Shown one piece after another: positions 49,801 to 58,306 of a DNA stretch of 64,000 nucleotides. The first letter of the stretch is position 1; every line of letters starts with the position of its first letter. Position numbers and translations under genes: made by a program. The DNA is from an uncultured Gammaproteobacteria bacterium. Lineage in GTDB: Bacteria; Pseudomonadota; Gammaproteobacteria; UBA9214. The notes below the pieces were generated by a model. It saw only the letters and a list, made by a program, of their open reading frames with translations, did no database searches and had not been told where the DNA came from. The stretch covers positions 462,297-526,296 of the forward strand of contig CAVVHS010000008.1 of assembly GCA_963748215.1 (NCBI GenBank), in the 5' to 3' direction.

Positions 49801-52272
49801 ATCATCCGCCACCAGACCCACCGACAGGTCCGCACTCCCCGCTGCCACCACCGTCACATCCACACTGGCACTGTCATTCCCCGCCACCGGGTCCGGCTCG
49901 TTCAGCCCGCTCACACTTGCCGTGTTCGTCAGCACGGAACCACCCGTCCCTGTATCCACGCTTGCCGTAATAGCCAGACTCCGCGTCTGGCCGTTGCTCA
50001 CACTACCTACCGTCCACACGCCACTGCCACTGTCATAAAACGTGCCCGTCACCGCCGCATCGTCACTCACATACGTCAACCCGAGCGGCAAAACATCCGT
50101 CAATGCCACACCTGTCGCATCCAGGGGACCGTTGTTCGTCACCGAAACCGTGTACACGACACTCTGACCTTCAGCCGGGGTCGCATCATCCACCACCAGA
50201 CCCACCGACAGGTCCGCATCTGTCGGATCAATCTGCACACTTTGATCCGGTCCCAGGCCCCCATTGATCGTCGACGGGTCATACGCCGCATCCGTCGTCA
50301 GCACCACCTTGTCCACCACCGTCCCGGTCTCGCGGACCCAGACGTTCACCGTGTGCACACCCGTTGTTGCAACATCCAGCGTCGCATTGGCGTTGCCCGC
50401 TACCAGCCAGTGTACCCACTCATAACTACCCGATGCCGGCACGTCAATGTTGAAGGCAGTCGCCACTTCCTGCCCGTCCAGACCTACGTGCACTGAATTC
50501 GAACTCGTCGATGGCCCCTGCAGCCGTAACCACACGTGGTGGGTCCCCGTCGCCACAAAGTTCACCTGGTAGTCCAACTGCGGGCTCAGGCTCGAATAGC
50601 CCGTATCGTAAAACACACTATCCTCCGGCAACGCCTGCAGGGCGTCCGTTCCGGAAAAACCCGGGAAACCCGCTCCCGCCGACAGCCACGCGTGGCCATC
50701 CGGTGCCACCACGCTCGCGTGGTAACTCTCCGCCTCCATCGACACCACGCCCTGCGCTCCACCGTCCTGCTGGAAACCCGCACCGCTGCCCGCCGGCAAC
50801 ACCGTCACTGCCACCGATGCACTGTCATTCCCTACCACCGGGTCCGGCTCGTTCAGAGCACTCACACTCGCCGTGTTCGTCAGCGTGGAACCGCCTGTCC
50901 CCGCCGCCACGCTAGCCATGATAGCCAGCGTCCGCGTCTGACCATTGAGCACACTGCCCACCGTCCACACACCACTGCCACTGTCATAAACTGTACCCGT
51001 CGACGCCGCATCATCACCCACATACGTCAGCCCCGCCGGCAAGGCGTCCGTCAACGCCACGCCCGTTGCATCCAGAGGGCCGTCGTTGGTCACCGTGATC
51101 GTGTAGACAACGCTCTGGCCTTCCACCACGTGCGTGGCCGCATCGACCACCAGGCCCACTGACAGGTTCAATGTATCCTGCACCGATTGAACGATCGGAA
51201 GAATAAAGGGCTCGACAATCGAGTAGTCACTATTCCAGTCTGGACGCCATCCAGAACCTGCGCGCGTGGCAACGATGTCAAGGCTCGGGATGACCACAAT
51301 CAGGCTATCACCGAGCCCCCAGGCCCAGTAAGCATCTTCCGGAACCCCCGCAATCCTGCCATCACCGTTGTTCCACCACAGAAGGCCGTAATGTTGGGAT
51401 GCATTGAAATGGCTGGCAGCGTTGTTAACCGGCAGGCCAACCACAGCCGGCACAGGTTGCCGTGCCTGATCAATGAAAGTCTGGGGCAGGAGGGTGTTGC
51501 CATCCCATTCACCACGACGTAAATACAAATAGCCAATCCGCGCCATTGCATCCACATCCGCGCTGATTCCTGCGGCGAACTCCCGGCTCTTTATTCCATT
51601 GATGGTGTCATTTCGAAAGGCGTTATCACGCCATGTGAGATCAGCAGCGGTAATTCCGAGGAATGAAAAAACCCGATCAGACATCAGGGTGTGAAGATCC
51701 TGCCCATACAAAACCGTGAGCACATCCGCCAGCCAGTTAGCCCCGCCATTGGAATAGTTCCAGGTGGTATTCGGCTGAAACAACAAATTGCCATAACCAC
51801 TGGCTGCTTCAAAACCGGCAGTATGGGTTGCTAACTGCTGGATCGTGATACCCTCCAGCCAGCCTGTCGTCGCGTTGCTTGCAGGAGGAATTCCGAAACC
51901 GGGATAGTGCTGCTGTGCAAAATCGGCGAGATTCAGCAGGGTGTCCTGTAAGGCCAAACCAATAACCGTGGCACCGATTGACTTGGTTGTTGATTTGAGA
52001 TCGAAGCGTTGAGTGTCATCCCCCCAGGACATGGCAAGCTTGCCTGCCCTGGTGATATAACCAGCCCCACCACCGGTCAACGCATAATCGCGAGCCTGCT
52101 CCAGCTTCGCCTGATCCAGGTTCAATTCTGCCGGCGTGGCAATCGCCCACCCCGTGGTGGGCCAGTCCACAGCAAATGCTGGAGCAGGGGCGTAAGCAAG
52201 CGCGGCAAGAGCCAACACAACGAGATATGAAGCTATGATCTTGACAGTGTGGTAAGTAGTAGGGAAATTCAT
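46804..52272 (-). CDS. Giant secreted protein B (~1820 aa): serine hydrolase (beta-lactamase fold), 3 DUF11, 2 CBM-like, chitobiase/Fn3-like, LamG, SGNH, Ig, TSP3-like and dockerin-like domains
   Basis: Probable start ATG 52272, signal ending AFA; STTK and YSN motifs; two DxNxNGIVDPTDF repeats at C-terminus. Confidence 0.85.
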   Translation of the reverse strand: MNFPTTYHTVKIIASYLVVLALAALAYAPAPAFAVDWPTTGWAIATPAELNLDQAKLEQARDYALTGGGAGYITRAGKLAMSWGDDTQRFDLKSTTKSIGATVIGLALQDTLLNLADFAQQHYPGFGIPPASNATTGWLEGITIQQLATHTAGFEAASGYGNLLFQPNTTWNYSNGGANWLADVLTVLYGQDLHTLMSDRVFSFLGITAADLTWRDNAFRNDTINGIKSREFAAGISADVDAMARIGYLYLRRGEWDGNTLLPQTFIDQARQPVPAVVGLPVNNAASHFNASQHYGLLWWNNGDGRIAGVPEDAYWAWGLGDSLIVVIPSLDIVATRAGSGWRPDWNSDYSIVEPFILPIVQSVQDTLNLSVGLVVDAATHVVEGQSVVYTITVTNDGPLDATGVALTDALPAGLTYVGDDAASTGTVYDSGSGVWTVGSVLNGQTRTLAIMASVAAGTGGSTLTNTASVSALNEPDPVVGNDSASVAVTVLPAGSGAGFQQDGGAQGVVSMEAESYHASVVAPDGHAWLSAGAGFPGFSGTDALQALPEDSVFYDTGYSSLSPQLDYQVNFVATGTHHVWLRLQGPSTSSNSVHVGLDGQEVATAFNIDVPASGSYEWVHWLVAGNANATLDVATTGVHTVNVWVRETGTVVDKVVLTTDAAYDPSTINGGLGPDQSVQIDPTDADLSVGLVVDDATPAEGQSVVYTVSVTNNGPLDATGVALTDVLPLGLTYVSDDAAVTGTFYDSGSGVWTVGSVSNGQTRSLAITASVDTGTGGSVLTNTASVSGLNEPDPVAGNDSASVDVTVVAAGSADLSVGLVADDLTPAEGQQLVYTVSVTNNGPAAATGVALTAALPVGLTYVGDDAAVTGTLYDSGSGVWTVGGVTNGQVLTLAITASVDAGTGGSTLMTTASVSSLAEPDPVAGNDSASVDVTVAVDLGASFQQDGGAAGVVSMEAESYHASVVAPDGHAWLSAGSVFAGYSGSDALQALPEDSVTYSTGYSGLSPQLDYQVNFVTTGTHYIWVRAWGPSTSSNSLHVGLDGQELATGENMSVAAAGGYVWVSRVVAGNARATLDVATTGTHTVNVWMRESGTVVDKVVLTTDAAYDPSTVNGGLGPDESGRETGSTVEKPTITPNGGIFSSSVLVTLASNTPGATIYYTLDGSDPTASTNEYTGPFLLTVSATLKARAILAGSVDSAIETAIFQLNPLPSGLDLYFPFNETSGSAFTDTVAGVTAGCVSCPTPAPGRVSGAQQYDGIGNAVDVPDVGLFDWATTDRFSLEAWVNKSAACIGSESIVGRHETGSQLHWWLGCENGIAAFTLTDSGGTGATILGTTDIADGQWHHLVAVRDAISGEIRLYVDGVEEAAAAVAYTADFAGAAELNIGWLNDTATDYHFAGTIDELALHSRVLTPAEISRHYKDGTVGLRRGVWGCESPVAIMPLGDSITNMQGYRPQLYFDLVDAGYNVDFVGTRTDSTGTHDRNHEGHGGITISGVAASLNTWLTQNPPDAVLLHIGTNEDPSFPYPSAAGVEDLHTIIDAFDPNISIVQARIINKVPNEPLVTQFNDNVVAMAAARVANGENITIADHESALNYIDDMNNDGIHPLQVGFDKMVPVWFEQLAAFLPACNQTLPQTTSQAITTAEVGVPYAYQLETRGYPSPDFSLLTAPAGMTIHPDTGNIDWVPTATGSFDISVQVENAAGAITHDFTISVTSLVDSDFDGITDDQDNCINVANGPLAGPVNGLSQCDTDGDGIGNICDADFNGNGIVDPTDFTLLKSTLGSTLAPNQDLNCNGIVDPTDFTTVKALLGTPPGPSCCAL
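47211..49257. repeat. ~2-kb near-identical direct repeat, copy 2
   Basis: Matches 41445-43487. Confidence 0.93.
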
Positions 52273-52685
52273 TGGAGAGCGCACCGGGGTAGCCTTAATA
52301 CGAATTGGAAAGGTATAAGCCACCAGTTCTGCATGGCACATTCTCCGTCTCTTTCCTGAAGGAGTGTAGACGCAGCAGGCAAAAGTATATTCACTACTAG
52401 CATGGAATAATCTATCAATTAACTCATCTAATAGCACTAGTACAAAAGTACATATCCGACGGAGACAACGATTGAAAATCATTCGACACGTACCGTTCAT
52501 TGTCTGTGCATGTCATATCACGATGATAGCTTTGATAATTCCACATAAAATTAATGGGAATATCGATCGCCAGATAATGGCTAACCGTCTAAGTCGTTAT
52601 ATTCATAGCTAATCCAGCGAAACACTGGCACCCATATGATCTGAAGTGTATTTATACGAGTTTGTATTTTAAAGGGAAATCACAA

Positions 52686-53279
52686 TTGTCGACTCCTATA
52701 GGCCACAGCCTGGCGGGTATTGCACTAAGCCGGTTAACTAGCAGCTCAGCGGCAACCCCTGGATATCGCTGGTATGCCTTCGGAATCGTGGCGGCAAATG
52801 CAGCTGACCTCGATTTTCTTCCTGGATTGCTTACCGGCAATATCAATCTCTATCATCAGGGGCTGACACACAGTATTTTTTTTGCGCTTGTCTTTGGACT
52901 TGTATCTGCAATATTCATTTCGAAATGGCTGCATTACAGGCCCTTGCCAGTTGCCGCAGCAGGCATTCTGTTTTATTGCTCCCACCTGATCCTGGATTAT
53001 TTTCGGGCAGATGCCCGGGAACCGTTTGGTATTCCATTATTCTGGCCACTCAGCGACCAGCACTGGATTTCCTCAAAGCAGGTATTCCACGGCATCAAGC
53101 ATGGAGTCCCGGGTGATAACCTGACTGTATTTTTCAGCCAACTGTTTTCCCACACAAATTTAATTGCTGTTGGCATCGAAATCATTATCCTGCTACCGAT
53201 CCTCTTTTCCGTTGTTTACATTACCCGCAGGAAATCTACGGCCAAAAAAAACGCCCGAAACGCAGCACCCGTCAAATAA
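52686..53279 (+). CDS. YdjM-like membrane metal-dependent hydrolase
   Basis: TPIGH, DLD, HQGLTHS, SHLILD, LFWP; TTG start with AAGGGA upstream. Confidence 0.82.
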   Translation: MSTPIGHSLAGIALSRLTSSSAATPGYRWYAFGIVAANAADLDFLPGLLTGNINLYHQGLTHSIFFALVFGLVSAIFISKWLHYRPLPVAAAGILFYCSHLILDYFRADAREPFGIPLFWPLSDQHWISSKQVFHGIKHGVPGDNLTVFFSQLFSHTNLIAVGIEIIILLPILFSVVYITRRKSTAKKNARNAAPVK

Positions 53280-53352
53280 CGGTATGTACATTCACGGTCA
53301 GCTGATTCTGGCTTTCGCACGCCCCTAAATAAAATTCCCGGAGAAGCCATTT

Positions 53353-54096
53353 ATGAAAGAAATCAATAAAAACGAAATCATCCGCGAGAAGCTGGCAACT
53401 GCCCGGACTTCGCCCTTGCAGGCATACAGGGATCTGACCACGGGTAACGCTTCAGCAGGCTTCTTTTTTCGTTATGAGTTATTAACGTTTCTATTCGGTT
53501 CCCTGTCCGGGGGACTTGGTTTCCTGCTGCGCAAGAAATTTTATCGCGGTTTATTCAGGGCCGCCGGACGCGGAATGATAATCGGTAGAAACGTCGTAAT
53601 CCGTCACCCGAAGAATATTGAGCTGGGAGACAATGTTACAATTGACGATCTCTGTCTTATTGACGGTCGCGGGGCAGGAACTGACGGCGTCGTCATTGAA
53701 GACCAGGTTATTATAAATCGCAACTGTATGATTCAGGCAAAGACGGGGCCGATTCGCCTCGGTGCGAGAACAACGATCGGGAGTAATTCCGTCATTGTTT
53801 CCATGGCAGGCGTTGAATTCGGAGAAGCGGTTCTGGTTGCAGGAAATTGCTACTTTTCAGCCGGTGCATATCACGTTGATGACATTTCATCAGCAGTCAT
53901 GGATCAAGGCGCCTATTCCAAAGGACCAATCATTCTCGGCGATAATACCTGGGTCGGAACCGGCGCCATCATCCTCGATGGGGTCAAGGTCGGCGAGGGT
54001 GCAATCATTGGCGCCGGGGCGGTGGTAACCAAAGATGTCCCTGACTATGCAATAGTTGCCGGCGTCCCTGCCAAGGTCATCCGGATGCGCCAGTAA
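53353..54096 (+). CDS. Hexapeptide-repeat (LbH) acyltransferase
   Basis: [27 protein letters not shown]. Confidence 0.9.
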   Translation: MKEINKNEIIREKLATARTSPLQAYRDLTTGNASAGFFFRYELLTFLFGSLSGGLGFLLRKKFYRGLFRAAGRGMIIGRNVVIRHPKNIELGDNVTIDDLCLIDGRGAGTDGVVIEDQVIINRNCMIQAKTGPIRLGARTTIGSNSVIVSMAGVEFGEAVLVAGNCYFSAGAYHVDDISSAVMDQGAYSKGPIILGDNTWVGTGAIILDGVKVGEGAIIGAGAVVTKDVPDYAIVAGVPAKVIRMRQ

Positions 54097-54157
54097 GGTA
54101 GAACAATACCCGGACTTTCGCGACTACTGCGTTATCCTGACGGGTTATCGCCAGGCT

Positions 54158-55279
54158 TTACTCCGGCTCGCCTTTCATACTCGCGTTGTTTGCAGTAATA
54201 AAACGCCCCTGCACAAGCCCGAAGTTGTCACTGCCGGGTCCGGTGTAGATCATGACAAACTGCATGCCACTACCGCTCCATTTATTGGAAAAATTCCAGT
54301 AAACAGTCTTTTCGCCGTCCTGCAATCCTAAACCCCATGGATTGGCAAACAGCACGGTATACCACGGCCCCCAAGGCTGGGTTGCCTCATAGATACCTAT
54401 ATGGCCATTATTCTCCCTGAATCGGCTGACCTGCTGTGTAATGAGCAGATAGCGCCCCAGATTCTGGTTGTAAGTCACAGCAGTTCGCATCACGCCATTT
54501 TCATCACTAAAGACACTGCGACGTTGATTGATATCTTTTACCCATACGGCCTGCCCCTGGTCACCAGGCCCGGCAAAATACTCATACTCATCATGCACAG
54601 CCAGGGAACCCATGGGAACTCGCATCAAGGAAATAGTTCCAGGGACCTGCACATCCCATTCACCCGTTGAGACATCCGGTGCGTAGATATAGACATATTC
54701 ATCTCTACTACCCTGGTAACCGGGGCCAAATTGCAGGAAGGTTGGCGCAAAAAAAGGTGAACTGCCCTCAAAATTCTCTGGGCTGAATCGTACCCCCGCA
54801 GATTGCCAGCTCAAGCCGTGGTCAGTGGAATAAAACAGGTCCTGATGGGTAAATGCGGAATCGCTCGAACCCTCTCCCGTCCGCCAGAGCCAGAGCGTAT
54901 CGTGTACAGCAAGAATACCGTAGCTCTTCCCCTTGAATTCTGCACTCTTCAGGCCCTGGTAGCCCCCCCAGATATTACTCGCCTTGAATTCATCCACAGG
55001 CCCATCAAGACGGGCCACACCCATGCTGACACGACCTTTATGATTGGTACCGTTAAAGCCACCACCATCACCCCAGGTGGTAAACTGACTCCCGTCTTTT
55101 GACCAGGTGATCGCCCAGTTATCACTGCCCTCTGCCAGGGTCACCATGCTCCCGAGGTCGAACTCGATACCGACAACAAAGGTACTGGGTGGATGACTGC
55201 TGACATATTGTTTCTCAGTCGTGCAGCCATGCATGTAGAACAGAGCACATACCAGCAACACTGTGCGCACTTGCCGCAT
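54158..55279 (-). CDS. DUF4185-like secreted protein/lipoprotein
   Basis: GSDNW.ITW, WGDGGGF, FLQFG, PWGPW; paralog of 57019..58251; start uncertain. Confidence 0.65.
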   Translation of the reverse strand: MRQVRTVLLVCALFYMHGCTTEKQYVSSHPPSTFVVGIEFDLGSMVTLAEGSDNWAITWSKDGSQFTTWGDGGGFNGTNHKGRVSMGVARLDGPVDEFKASNIWGGYQGLKSAEFKGKSYGILAVHDTLWLWRTGEGSSDSAFTHQDLFYSTDHGLSWQSAGVRFSPENFEGSSPFFAPTFLQFGPGYQGSRDEYVYIYAPDVSTGEWDVQVPGTISLMRVPMGSLAVHDEYEYFAGPGDQGQAVWVKDINQRRSVFSDENGVMRTAVTYNQNLGRYLLITQQVSRFRENNGHIGIYEATQPWGPWYTVLFANPWGLGLQDGEKTVYWNFSNKWSGSGMQFVMIYTGPGSDNFGLVQGRFITANNASMKGEPE

Positions 55280-55289
55280 CGGAAAACAG

Positions 55290-56795
55290 TTACAGCGTAG
55301 CCAGGTGTTCCGACAATCGATGCGCAAGGGCTACAATTGTCAGTGTTGGATTTGCCACGCCCGAGGTCACAAAAACCGAACTGCTGAGGACATAGAGATT
55401 GTCTGTACCATGCACACGTAAGTTGGGATCAACCACACCGTCTTTATCAGAAACGCTCATACGGGTACCTCCCATATGATGATGCGACCAATGCAGCGGC
55501 GTATCCGTCTTTACAATATCAGCGCTCTGTAACCTGCTGAATATATCGTGCACAATCGTCTCACCGGCCTCCCATAGTTCCTGGTCTCGCTCAGAAAATG
55601 CCAGCTGTATATCGGCACCCGGATTACCGAATGGATCACGATTTTCAGAATTAAGCCGGATTCTATTCTCTGCAACCGGCGCCATTTCAATCCCAAGTGA
55701 GATCTTTAGATCATTTTTCGAAGGCTTACTGTAAAAACCAAGCAGCACACCACCCAATCCCTTTTCCCTCATTGGCTCGCTGAACTGGTACGTTCTGCCC
55801 AGCAACCATTTTTCGAAGGGCTTTATTCCAGGAATCTCAGCGGAATAGCTGACAAAAGGGTGCTCCATAAAATAATGCCCCAGGTGCCCGCCTGTATTTC
55901 CCAGCCCGCCAGGAAACTGATCGCTTCCTGACAGCAACAAGAGCCGGTTGGACTCCGCACCCCCACAGGCCACCACATAACGCTCTGCCCTGACGACCTT
56001 GTTCACACCGCCTAATGACTCGGCCTGCAGGCCTGTCACTCTGCCAGAAGAATCTGTTAAGACACGGGTAACGGTCGCATTGCTCAGCACCTGTACATTG
56101 CTACGCTTGCTCAGCCCAGGCAGCAGATCCGCGCCAAAACGCAGCGGCCCATCGTCATCGAGGATTCTCTTCTTTCTTGATACCGGCGGATAGTCGATTG
56201 CGATACCCAACGGCTCTATTATTTCCCTCAACGGGCTAATATCCTGAGGCGCATTACCAGGTAAATCCTTTATCCTGGGAGCATGCGACGCAGTCAGCTT
56301 ATCAGCGACAACGTGAAGTGATTCTTCCGCCGCCTGATAGAAGGGCTGCAGCTCGGTGTAGGATATTGGCCACCCGGATGGTGCATAGGGGCTCGCAGAA
56401 AAATCTGCTGGCTGCATACGAGGAGTTCGTCCGGTCCAGATATTGGAGGTGCCACCAAAACCACGGTATCTGGAACTCTGCAAAGGGTAATCTATGGCCC
56501 CACTACTGCTGTATACATCGAGCTTAAAAGCTGCCTGCATCCCATTAGTGTCAGTTGTTGCCACTCCTGACTCTAATAACAAAACACGGGAACCGGCATC
56601 ACTCAACCGTTGAGCCAGTGTGCAGCCTGCCGGACCGGTCCCCACAATACAGACATCAAATTCTGCATTTGGGTTAAATTGCTCCAGGGGTTGATGCTGC
56701 ACAGTGAGCCGTGTGGACCAATTACGGAATACCAAACCGGTCCCTGCCATTACAGCACCGGTCGCAATTCCTGCCAGCAGAGTTCTTCTTTTCAC
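55290..56795 (-). CDS. Tat-exported GMC family oxidoreductase
   Basis: KRRTLL twin-arginine leader, VGTGPAG, HHMGGTRM, ANPTLTIVALA. Confidence 0.88.
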   Translation of the reverse strand: MKRRTLLAGIATGAVMAGTGLVFRNWSTRLTVQHQPLEQFNPNAEFDVCIVGTGPAGCTLAQRLSDAGSRVLLLESGVATTDTNGMQAAFKLDVYSSSGAIDYPLQSSRYRGFGGTSNIWTGRTPRMQPADFSASPYAPSGWPISYTELQPFYQAAEESLHVVADKLTASHAPRIKDLPGNAPQDISPLREIIEPLGIAIDYPPVSRKKRILDDDGPLRFGADLLPGLSKRSNVQVLSNATVTRVLTDSSGRVTGLQAESLGGVNKVVRAERYVVACGGAESNRLLLLSGSDQFPGGLGNTGGHLGHYFMEHPFVSYSAEIPGIKPFEKWLLGRTYQFSEPMREKGLGGVLLGFYSKPSKNDLKISLGIEMAPVAENRIRLNSENRDPFGNPGADIQLAFSERDQELWEAGETIVHDIFSRLQSADIVKTDTPLHWSHHHMGGTRMSVSDKDGVVDPNLRVHGTDNLYVLSSSVFVTSGVANPTLTIVALAHRLSEHLATL

Positions 56796-57018
56796 ATTAG
56801 TGATCCTTAAGCAAGCGTTGGTATAAGCCTATGCAACTAAAGTGTGCACACGGGCCATGGTATTCATACTATGAGATCATTGGCATATGCAATCTCAGAC
56901 AGTTGACTGGCGATTCACGACACCTCATCGATTACAAGAAATGACTAATTCGCATACACCCAGACAGGAATTCAGCCACATGAAACGCTGAGGAATCATT
57001 TTGTAGCGACGCCTGCCG

Positions 57019-58251
57019 TTGATACTCTGCCTCCCTAAATGGGCAATGTTCCAAGAATCGCATCTACGTCGTTTTCAACAGATGCATGTACAATCGTTGC
57101 GACACTCAAAGACATTCAGACTTTTCCAACCCATTCAGGTGATTGTAGTGCCGAAAATTATACTAATTATTTTAATAATAACTATTTTAATTGTTTCCTT
57201 TAGTTACTTTGGTACGGGAATGCATCAGACCATGGTCGCACCCTATCCGGACAGCCCAGTTATCAGTTCTGTCGATTTTGCGTGGTCTACCCATAACCAG
57301 AGAGCTAAAGGCAGTGACAACTGGCCAGTAACCTGGGCAGATGACAATCACCAGTACACTTCATGGGGTGATGGTGGCGGTTTCAGCGGCTCCAACTCGA
57401 GAGGCCGCGTGAGCCTGGGATTTGCAAGAATTGAGGGCGACTCGAAAACGACGGGAACGAATAATCCGTTCAGGGGAGTCAATATTTATGGTGGGTTCCA
57501 GCCGCTAGTGACCTCTTCCATCGACGGAAAATCGTACGGGATATTGTCTGTCGAGAACTCATTGTATGCATGGATCAGCCCCGGCAGCGGGGCCGATGGC
57601 TATCGTGAAGCCAGGCTGTACCAGTCTTTAGACTACGCCAGAAGCTGGGAGCCGCTGCCATGGAGCTTCACAAAAGAGAACAAATTCATATTTCCCACGT
57701 TTCTTCAATTTGGCAGGGGTTACTCGAATTCCAGAGACAATTATGTCTATATATACGCCAGCATTCTGCAAAACGACGCAGAGCTATCGGTTCAAAAACC
57801 CGGGCACATTGCGCTTCTCAGGGTACCGATCAACCAACTTACCAATCGTCACTCTTATGAAGTGTTTAGTGGTTTAAACGACAACGGCTTGCCCTCATGG
57901 TCAGCTAATACGGCTGACTGGAAGCCGGTCTTCAGCGACTCTAACGGTGTTGGCTGGAATGTAAGCGTCAGCTACAATCCTGGCTTGAAGAAGTACTTCC
58001 TGATGACTGAACACCATGCGTCTTCAAAGGGACACCTGGGAATATTCGACAGCAACGAGCCATGGGGTCCTTGGCATACCACGTATTATGGTAGCCTTGG
58101 CCGCTTCTGGTCTGACATGTCCACTTTTTATTTCAATTTTTCAAACAAGTGGCTGAGTCTGGACGGGAAGGACTTTGTCCTCATATTTACCGGCACAGGC
58201 AAGTATGACGCCTACAATAGTGTTGAAGGAAAATTTATTGTCCGTGAATGA
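57019..58251 (+). CDS. DUF4185-like secreted protein
   Basis: APYPDSPVI, GSDNWPVTW, WGDGGGF, PWGPW; true start likely further downstream, before the hydrophobic segment. Confidence 0.65.
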   Translation: MILCLPKWAMFQESHLRRFQQMHVQSLRHSKTFRLFQPIQVIVVPKIILIILIITILIVSFSYFGTGMHQTMVAPYPDSPVISSVDFAWSTHNQRAKGSDNWPVTWADDNHQYTSWGDGGGFSGSNSRGRVSLGFARIEGDSKTTGTNNPFRGVNIYGGFQPLVTSSIDGKSYGILSVENSLYAWISPGSGADGYREARLYQSLDYARSWEPLPWSFTKENKFIFPTFLQFGRGYSNSRDNYVYIYASILQNDAELSVQKPGHIALLRVPINQLTNRHSYEVFSGLNDNGLPSWSANTADWKPVFSDSNGVGWNVSVSYNPGLKKYFLMTEHHASSKGHLGIFDSNEPWGPWHTTYYGSLGRFWSDMSTFYFNFSNKWLSLDGKDFVLIFTGTGKYDAYNSVEGKFIVRE

Positions 58252-58306
58252 CTGCCAGAGAAGGATTAGTCGTTAATCACGAAATTAAATTCACGGATAC
58301 CGATAC

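Noticed and set aside
43140-50775. Diversity-generating retroelement as the source of loop variation
   Set aside because: Differences are not adenine-specific, include an indel, all copies are coding, and no reverse transcriptase is in the window
51180-52170. Antibiotic-resistance beta-lactamase
   Set aside because: SxxK fold only; no KTG motif, and it is fused to adhesin and carbohydrate modules, so an esterase or peptidase is more likely
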